A stretch of DNA of 64,000 bases from Fimbriosthenelais zetlandica (taxonomy: Eukaryota): the NCBI GenBank assembly GCA_977030845.1, contig OZ365116.1:17794001-17858000 (forward strand), written 5' to 3'. A model generated the notes under the pieces. The model worked only from the letters and a program-made list of their open reading frames with translations. It was not told the DNA's origin and made no database searches. Below, piece after piece: positions 11,486-20,228 of this stretch (positions are counted from its first letter, which is position 1; each line of letters starts with the position of its first letter). The position numbers and the translations under genes are program-made.

Positions 11486-13773
11486 TACACTCATAATTTA
11501 AATTCGTGAAGTAGACCTACTTGGACTTCATGTCGTCGAGTCGGTACCTAATCATTCACATGAAGAAAATCCAGGTGCGGCTTCATAGCACGGTAGCAGT
11601 CGTCATTTCAATGATTACATTTCTGGTGATATGCAGGCACTTCTTGGGTTTCCATTTATGGGTCACAGTCTGCCAAATGACGGAGCAGATCGAGGTCCCA
11701 TGATTCTATAAACCTGCAAAATACAAACAATTGTTCCTGATGTATACCTCAGTACACTTTATTTCCATAAATGCTATATATAATAAATTAAAAATATCTT
11801 TAATTAGACTTGGCACGTATCAAGCTTTTTGGTCGCTTTTCCGAAATGTCCAAGAATATCCCGCATCCCCTCTCCCACCCACTCGCATTTTGGGCTGAAG
11901 TAGTAATTATTCTTTGGTTCACAGGGCTGGACACCAATCATCCCGACCCATCACCTTTTCAAGGATCGGCCCTGGTGGGGAGTGTTCTCACCAAGTGGAT
12001 TTACAAAAATCACTTCGGGTGGAGCGTCTGGAAATCCGCAAGATTGGTGGCGCCCTCCTATTCCAAAGGAGGGTACAAATATGTGATGGACGGAAGGGGT
12101 GGGCAAATCCAGAGAGGGAAGGGAAGGGAGAGGGTGGGGGCAGCAAAGAAGGAAGTGAGGAGGAAGAACGAAGGCAAGGAGAGGAAAGAAGGGAGGGGAA
12201 GAGAACTCCCGCTCTCAACCACCCCCTTCCCACCCCGAAACCATACTACTCTTGGATTTCCCACCCTCACACCACCTACTCACCTTTTCACGCTATGTGG
12301 CTCAGTGGCTGTGCCCAATGGTAATTCAAGCTTAACAAATACCTAAGAATCATGTCGCACCACTTGTTTAAATTTCAGATCGAGTTACCATTAAGGTCTT
12401 ACATTTAACGAGGTAAGTCTATGGATTAGGATTGTAGTGTCATTGTTACATCCTACTGCCATGGCATCGGCACCTGTCTTGCATCACGTAAACGCACCAG
12501 GACCTGTTGTGCACCAACCAGTGAGTTTATTTTACATTAAAACAATAAACCTTTCAAATTCATTCAATGATATTCAGTCTTCACGATACATTTTATAACT
12601 GTTTTCAGGTCGGCATGTCTCATGGCAATGTGATACAACAGAGGCCGACACGAAACTGGAACGAGGGTATTTGCGGCTGCCAAGCTGACCCCATATCATG
12701 TACTATTATTTCCACTTTTACTTCTTGAATTGTACCGGTGTTCATTCATTTAAATACAACATAGTAAATATAGGAAATAAAATAAAAACATTTTTAACAC
12801 CCGGAGAAAACTGGAAATTCTAAGGGGGAAGATATATACGCCAAATATAAATTATATAGGCCTACCCACACTGCCTAACTCCTAAGATGAAGTTGATGTT
12901 TGAATTTGCCCGTCTTCTTCTCTTTGTTCCAGGCATCATGACCTTCCTTTGCTTCCCGTGTTACCTCTGTCATATTTCGGATAAGATGGGAGAGGGTTGC
13001 TGCATGACATGCTGGACTCCCTACGGTGTAAGCCTCGCCATGCTCCGCCTGAAACTGAGATTGACGGAAAACATCAAGGTAAGTTAATTATCGTCTCACT
13101 TAATTGATAATAAATATATAGCTTTACAATATTACAAATAATGTATTGGTAGACAACAAATAGCTTTATATTTTTTGTACATTTTATGCTTTTAGAGGAG
13201 GCCCAAAAGAGCCCTCTGAAAACGCCGTGTAAGATTTTTATTACATATTTCATTCCTTACTTTTCCATTCAGGGCGATATGCTCAATGATATTTGCTGCA
13301 GCTGTTGGTGTCCCCTATGCGTCCTCTGTCAGCTGAAACGAGAAATGGACTCCATCGGTCACTACACTTAATTATGATACTCAGTGAATCAATCGAACTC
13401 AGACGAAAACATGAAAAAAGAGTGTTTTTCAAAACTCTTTTAGTTGTTCCGTGAGGGAAGCTTGAAACATAAAAGAGACATAAATACCTTAATTCCGAAT
13501 GACAATCAAAGTGACACAAATTTAAACTAATCCTCATATGATAATCCAAAAATGATTAAAAATGCTACATTATATTATTATTTACACTCATAATTTAAAA
13601 TCATGAAGTGGACCGACTTGCACTTCATGTCGTCGACTCGGTATCTAATCATTTACCTGAAGAAAATCCACGTGCATTTTCATTGCACGGTAGAAGTCAT
13701 TTCAATGATTACATTTCTGGTGATATGCAGGCACTTCTTGGTTTCCATTTATGTGTCACAGTCTGCCAAATGA
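11486..13773. repeat. Co-duplicated upstream block of the PLAC8 tandem duplication (11486-11680 similar to 13583-13773)
   Basis: Two clearly alignable ~195-bp blocks (TACACTCATAATTTAAA...CAGTCTGCCAAATGA), offset 2097 bp, each upstream of one PLAC8-like copy. The 3' UTR starts of the two genes are also alignable. Confidence 0.85.
12461..13371 (+). CDS. PLAC8/cornifelin-family cysteine-rich protein, copy 1 (131 aa); exons 12461-12520, 12609-12699, 12933-13078, 13273-13371
   Basis: Spliced product MASAPVLHHVNAPGPVVHQPVGMSHGNVIQQRPTRNWNEGICGCQADPISCIMTFLCFPCYLCHISDKMGEGCCMTCWTPYGVSLAMLRLKLRLTENIKGDMLNDICCSCWCPLCVLCQLKREMDSIGHYT*. PLAC8 hallmarks: W-x-x-G-x-C-x-C-x-x-D, C-x-P-C, CC-x-x-W-C-P-x-C-x-L-C-Q-x-x-R-E. 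GT-AG introns with phases 0,1,0. The first exon is less certain. Confidence 0.85.
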
Positions 13774-14279
13774 ACAAAAAGAACGTTGGCACTTACCCCA
13801 GGTGCACGATGTTGTACCAATGTGTGGGGCAGATCCAGAGGTTCAGGAATACCCACCCTATAAGGCCATGCTATAGGCTACAAACATTCATATAACCTAT
13901 ATATACATACATTTACTTAGCGCTATAGACTAGTCTGAATTCCATCTCGAGATACCACAGGAGTGTTACTTTTACCATATTATAATTATTAACGAGGTAA
14001 GTTTATCCATCTGAATTGTGTCATTCCAACTATAATGCTTCCTTTAATCTATCTCAAAAACTTCTGCTTTAATTCTGCTTTAATAGAACCCGTTTGATGA
14101 TAGATTATCTTAATTTTTAAGAAAAGAGTAAGAGGAAGCCATGATGGCGGTGGCAGGGATGGGAGTTTCTGCATGAGTTATATTAAATGTTAGCACCTGT
14201 ATTACACAGAAAAACATTTGAATAAGGGTTACAAAATATGTGCTAGTAAAAACGATATTCATTTAAAGAATCGTGGAAC

Positions 14280-15043
14280 ATGTCAGACCATCGCAAAGTA
14301 CGTGATGCACGACAGATGCCGATGGCACCTTATTCGCATCAACACCAGGCGCACCAGGAATATGCACCAAGACCTGTTGTGCATCAACCAGTGGGTTTTT
14401 ATACGTTCATTAAAAAAGTCCTTTCAACGTCTATGACATTAATTCTGCGAGCTACACTTTAAAACTTTTTTGTTCAGGTCGGCATGTCTCATGGCAATGT
14501 AGTGATACAACAGAGACCAACACGACACTGGAACTCAAAACTTTGCGGCTGCTGCGGTGACCCCATATCCTGTACGATTACTTTCCCTTTCACTACCTGA
14601 ATTGTCTTACTTCATTTGAAGATAACAGAAAATTAAATAAAAAACGTTACGATGAAGTGGACCATTGAATTTGACAGTCTTCTTGTCTTTGTTCCAGGCG
14701 CATTGACCTGGTTTTGCTTCCATTGTTACCTCTGTTATATATCTGATAAGATGGGAGAAGGTTGTTGCATGGCATGCTGGTGTCCTCTCGAAATAAGCCT
14801 TCCCATGCTCCGCCAGAAACTGAGATTGACGGAAAGCATCGAGGTAAGTATACTACTATCTAAATTCACTTCTCGTTTAGGCGAGGTCCAAAGAAGCCCA
14901 CAGAAAACATTTTACATATTGTCATTCCTTACTTGTCTCTGCAGGGCAGTATCTGCAATGATATTTGCTGCAGCTGTTGGTGTCCCCCATGCGTCCTCTG
15001 TCAGCTGAAACGAGAAATGGACTCCACCGGTCACTACAATTAA
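14280..15043 (+). CDS. PLAC8/cornifelin-family cysteine-rich protein, copy 2 (149 aa from ATG 14280; alternative ATGs 14316, 14322); exons 14280-14390, 14478-14571, 14698-14843, 14945-15043
   Basis: Spliced product MSDHRKVRDARQMPMAPYSHQHQAHQEYAPRPVVHQPVGMSHGNVVIQQRPTRHWNSKLCGCCGDPISCALTWFCFHCYLCYISDKMGEGCCMACWCPLEISLPMLRQKLRLTESIEGSICNDICCSCWCPPCVLCQLKREMDSTGHYN*. Same intron positions and phases as copy 1; frame intact. Confidence 0.85.
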
Positions 15044-15229
15044 TTATCATACACACTTGATCAATTGAGGCTATCGAACCCAGACGAACAAAAAAAACAT
15101 TTAAAAAAGAGTGTTTTCTAAAATCTACAACTGTTTTACTTGTTCCTTTCGGGGGCTAGACTGATAGACAACGTTAATAATTGGAGGAAGGCAGAATATA
15201 GTTATATAACCTTTGAATGTGTGGTTGAT

Positions 15230-15633
15230 TGGTTTGAGGTTTTGGGGGATGTATTTACTATTGACATATTGACAAATATTCTATGCTGCCATACATTTAT
15301 GTGTTGTATAATGCTTTAGGTAAGTTTTTATTCCAAGAAGGGTATTAACTGTAATATTAAACCATCTAATCTTTTGTATTATTGTATTATCTATTAAATA
15401 TTGGAACATTGATATGATATCCAAGATATTTTTGGTTTGAGGTTTTGGGGGATGTATTTACTATTGACATATTGACAAATATTCTATGCTGCCATACATT
15501 TATGTGTTGTATAATGCTTTAGGTAAGTTTTTATTCCAAGAAGGGTATTAACTGTAATATTAAACAATCTAATCTTTTGTATTATTGTATAATCTGTTAA
15601 ATATTGGAACATTGATATGATATCCAAGATATT
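15230..15633. repeat. Near-perfect tandem duplication, 2 x ~203 bp, between the 3' ends of PLAC8 copy 2 and FDX1
   Basis: Unit TGGTTTGAGGTTTTGGGGGATG...GATATCCAAGATATT starts at 15230 and again at 15433, with only a few substitutions. Confidence 0.92.
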
Positions 15634-16716
15634 CTTGAATAAAATACAAATAATTAAGATGCAACGTCCTTAAACTTTGTCGGTTCTACTTAAATCCGAG
15701 ACATTAAGATCTGCATGTCTGGAGTGCTGGTACACTTATTCCTACCATTATCACAACACCAAGATTAAGATTATAATAAAGTTTTATTGTCAGTTGAAAC
15801 ATACACATGTGCCTGCTTTAGACATAACTCCATCCATTGACATGCATCAGTAACATTATGTGCGAGGTTCCGTCACTAAAGCGCACAAAGGTCTTTCATA
15901 TCTAGTGCGTAACGGTAGGGGGCGGGGTGTTGTGTACTCGATAGTGTTTACAATAGTGTTACAGTGGGGAGGGAGGTAGAAAATGTGTTGTGCGTTATGA
16001 ATTAGAGGAGCGGCAATGATTAAAACTAGAGGAGAGATAATGATTAAAACCCCTTTTATTTTACATTATATTATTATCAAGCAGTAGTGGACTGTAAATA
16101 AAACATTCGTTGGAGAAAATAAAACAGCAGCACATATACATCATCAATTTATGTACCGTGTTATAGCAGTTGGATATCAGACTTTAATAGGCCTGAGGCA
16201 GTTTCTATCGCTTCAAGTATACTCAAGCATAATCAGTATACATGTGGCTAAATGATCCAGCCTTCCTGGTCTCTTTCATACAAACACACATATTCTCAAA
16301 TTGGGTTTTCACGGTGCGTAAATCTCTCATTCAACAGTAATATATTTCTAGAATTGTGAATACCAGGTATTTATTAATGGAATTACAGTTCCAAAATCTA
16401 CATTTGTTCGAGTTCACTTCTAAAAAACCTGGTTCCGCTAAGGGTGTTTTTTGTTGTATTTGATTATACTCATAATATAAGGCGGGTTGACGACATACAT
16501 AAACGGTATTAGGACCTGTATTCATTAACAAACCCGTTGACCGGTATTATCGTATTAATCTTGAAAGGGCAAGTCCACCACAAAAGCATATTACACCGAT
16601 GGTGGATATAGGTGACATGATTGTAGTATGAAGTCACATATATTAATATCTAGATTACTAATGATATAATGTGGGATACTGTTGAATACTGAACATGATA
16701 AAATAATATCTTGTGT

Positions 16717-19623
16717 TTAGGGCTCCCTGGCATCAGCCACACCTTCTGGTACACTCACTTCCCATCCATCCATGTCCTTTGTTACTATTACTTGACAACC
16801 AAGTCGTGATCTGCAAAACGAAAGGGTGAAATATTAAATGACTTTCCAATTGAAGGCCCAAGCCTTTTTAGATGAAAAGCGAACATATAGGAATATGTCA
16901 GAGTATTAGAAGGCAAGAGACATACGTGTCTTGAAGGCCATAAGCGAGGTCTAACATATCAAGTTCCTCATCGGTGGGTTTGTCCGGGATCTTGTCAAAG
17001 TCAGCAGGCTTGAATATGAGATGACACGTGGAGCACGCCAGCGTGCCTTCACATGCACCTGTAAACACAGAAACAATTCACATCACTAATAATATAGATG
17101 TAGAGAAACAGCACTACTGTACTACAGATGTAGAGAAACAGCACTACTGTACTACAGATGAACAGAAACAGCACTACTGTACTACAGATGTAGACAAACA
17201 GCACTACTGTACTACAGATGTAGACAAACAGCACTACTGTACTACAGATGTAGACAAACAGCACTACTGTAGTATAGATGAACAGAAACAGATTAATCAT
17301 TTATTTCACACCTAGCACTACACAACCGGACTCTTAAATATTCCTCCCGCATTTTCAACAGGTTCTCATTAATAACGAGAAATACAAGGGATACACAAAT
17401 CCCGCATATGATAGTGAAGGATGCTTAGGTAATAGCCAGTAAAATAGGTGGGCTCACCATGGCTTCTATTGTTAGACTAGAAACAAAGACACCAGCATGG
17501 TGTTCCCTACCAGAAAAAAGGAGAGTAATACATGATCCAGTGACGTAATATCACTATGATAGCAGCATCCACTATACACCCACATACACATATTTGACAC
17601 TAAAGTGAATGAACCAGGAGGAAGCCGGGTGTGTGATGAGAATAGGAAGCTGTGGGAAGTATGTTGGGCGTTAGTCCTAATCCCTCCATGTGTAGATATT
17701 GTGTCCCACAGGTTTAGACATAAAAGAAATTAGCTTATGAGCCAATCTCCCAGAGAGATGGCCCCCACCCCTATACATAATATTAAAAGGTCAGGAAGCA
17801 GGCCACCCGCCTAAACACTGACGTCAAACATACTCTCTACAGCTCAAGCACACAGGTGCGTTTCTTTAATCTTCGGTGCTGAAAAAACGCAATCCATTTG
17901 GTTTTGAAATGGGATTTTTTCTAAGGTGAATTAGGACAGGAAAAGGAAATAAAAAGTAAATGAAAAGCTACTTACCAAAACCATCTATATCTATATCATT
18001 TTCTATAATAACATCAAGCAAGTTTTCTCCTAGTTTGGCTTCAACACTCTGTTTTTCTCCCTCGGACATTACGAAGTGTATTGTAACTCTGAAAAGAAAA
18101 ACGTATATATTACACTTAAATGTAAAATAAGATTTAGATTGAAACAAGTACCAGAATCAAAATTTCAGTACATATACGTTTTAAATCAGAATTGACTAAA
18201 ACCATTGAACTTTTTAATACTACACATAGAGTTGCGTGAAATTGGATAAAGCAAGGAAAGATCAAGTGAATCTTTCTTCCCCTTAACAGCATATTGTCCC
18301 CCTTTCTCTTTCAGACTTAAGCCATATAACCTCTGCCTTTAACAGTTAATCCCCGGGGTTCTTCCACGACACGTGGGCGTGAGTGATATTTAATCCAAGG
18401 ACAAATAGAAGTGCTCTCTCGCTGAGAGCAGCTTGTGTTATCCTATCTACGAGCTGCTCTCTCCACCACCTCCTCCAACCATGCCAGCCTGCCCGTTCTC
18501 ACCAACTGACCTGCATCTTAACTCTCCCACATCCTACCATAGTCTTGCTCTTATCTGTTTTAATATAGGTTTGAATGAATGGATATCTAAATATAGGGTA
18601 ATACCTTAGAAACCTCATACATAATAAGGCAGGAACTTGTTTAGGTGGGCATTTTCTAACAGAAAGGACAAATCCCAATCATTATCTTTCTTCATTAGGC
18701 CTATTGGCCAAATAAATACCCGCCTTCACTGGCGTTCTGTTGGGACTTTTTATGACTTAAATTCATTCAAGGCACTTGATAATATTTGTTCTAAATGCAA
18801 TAGGCAACTAATTGCATTTAAGACAAGGTAAAGATTTTAATTTTTCATGAAAAGATGCCTGTTCAGCGTGTGATTATTTTTCTATGGCTTGTAAACATGG
18901 AAATCCTATCTCCACAACATTCAACACATACACGTGTCCCCACTGTGAAATTTAAAATGAATTTAAATGAAATTCAATACCGGTACCGTACTTCATATTT
19001 TTACAGATAGGCCTAACTAAACTAACCAAAAATACAAAATACCTGGTGCCAGAGACACATTAATTTTCCCTATTTAGGCTATTATACCTCCAGTCCAGAA
19101 GCCCAGTTACCTTTCCTAAAATGCTAAATATGATGATCACACCATTTAAATAGCCTACACTACAGCTTAGAATAAATTTTACTCTTAGTATTACCCTACA
19201 CTACAATTTACAGTAACAGTGTAATGGCATCTGTTGAATAAATAGCAATAGATTTGGCGATAGGGACTATCAACTTCTGATCTATATCCTAGGCCTACTC
19301 ATTCTACTGGAGTGATTTGTGTCCCTATTGGCTACGCTACTGTCTGATAGTGATAAATCATTGTGATACTGATCATTGCCATTGACATAGCCTATATCGT
19401 ATAGATAGGCCATAGTATTTAGTAGGACGAGTGTATCAAGCAGAACTTACCTCTCTTTGGCTGTCAGTGGTTTTGCAGAACTGAATGTTCTCCTAATATG
19501 AGCGAAGCGTTGAGACTGTACCTCACATTTCTTGCCACATTGACGTAGTGAATTTGATGAGAGATGGAGAGAACGGTAAAAAGCTGGAGCAGCAGCGGCG
19601 ACACGTCTGACAAGGGCGGCCAT
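16717..19623 (-). CDS. FDX1: Mitochondrial [2Fe-2S] ferredoxin 1 (adrenodoxin), 170 aa; exons 19623-19451, 18088-17976, 17058-16926, 16810-16717
   Basis: Arg/Ala/Ser-rich presequence [19 protein letters not shown]..., then [53 protein letters not shown]...[25 protein letters not shown]...[24 protein letters not shown] is the FDX1-type motif (FDX2 has ACEASLAC). All junctions GT-AG and in phase. Confidence 0.97.
17097..17291. repeat. 30-bp minisatellite (~6.5 copies) in FDX1 intron 2
   Basis: Unit GATGTAGA(G/C)AAACAGCACTACTGTACTACA repeated head-to-tail without spacers; variant GATGAACAGAAAC in two units. Confidence 0.95.
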
Positions 19624-20228
19624 GTTGATGTAGTGCCTGCCGTCCTCGCCCGGTGGCGTATAAGAGCAGCGCGCGACCTTCACCTTCACCATCCGACCCG
19701 CATTTTTACTCGTTTTTCGAATAAAAGCCTACTTTTCGACTTGTATGTTTTTTTCGTCCCGTAAATATCATAAAAGAAGTTTCTATGTGACGAGAGTAAA
19801 AAGTTATGATCAAGTGTTTTCCGGAAAAACTTCATAGCAACCAAGCGGGGTGGGCGTGGCACATAAACATTCGCTGAGACCGCGCCATAAAATAGTCCGC
19901 AACTTGCCAGGTGAAGTGAGTCGATTACCACTATTATTTCCATATATTAGGACTGATTAATGTAGGTGCCTTACCTGTGATATTGGTGAAGTTGTATGTT
20001 GGTTGTGAATGCCGTATTTCATATGATAATCCGTTGATTACGCTGACTAAGTGTGGTTGTTATGTTTATGGTCCACCATCTTGTTTTGCTTCACTCGGGC
20101 GGGTCTCAACAGCAACACTCTTTTATTACAGGGTCCGTGAAAGCATATGAAAGCCAGTTGTTATTGAAAGCCGAGACACTTATAAATCTGGACGTAGTCG
20201 GACCTTTCGGCCATCTGAAATCAACAAG
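19624..20228. promoter_or_regulatory. Bidirectional (head-to-head) promoter region of FDX1 and RSPH3
   Basis: Divergent ATGs at 19623 and 20229, about 600 bp apart. Locally CpG-rich; palindromic TTTTCCGGAAAA (19817-19828), forkhead-like ATAAACA/TGTTTAT (19863, 20063), X-box-like GTCTCAACAGCAAC (20103-20116). Confidence 0.75.

Noticed and set aside
11810-12346. 178-aa and overlapping ORFs upstream of PLAC8 copy 1
   Set aside because: Driven by a purine-rich (GA) tract, non-ATG starts, and absent from the duplicate unit.
14945-15043. Apparent frameshift making PLAC8 copy 2 a pseudogene
   Set aside because: The C-run has five Cs (TGT CCC CCA TGC), so the spliced frame is intact. The ORF-track ending reflects intron read-through in another frame.
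17097-17291. 30-bp direct repeats as a CRISPR array
   Set aside because: Units are contiguous with no unique spacers, lie in a eukaryotic intron, and no cas genes are present.
17028-17315. ORFs [10 protein letters not shown]-repeat (+) and 17049-17300 (-)
   Set aside because: Products of the minisatellite; the + ORF begins antisense to FDX1 exon 3 and has no supporting gene structure.
1742-19623. Knottin + PLAC8 pair + FDX1 as a metal-handling or defence gene cluster
   Set aside because: Cys-rich proteins and FDX1 suggest the idea, but no shared regulatory element (e.g. MRE arrays) was noticed and eukaryotic adjacency alone is weak evidence.
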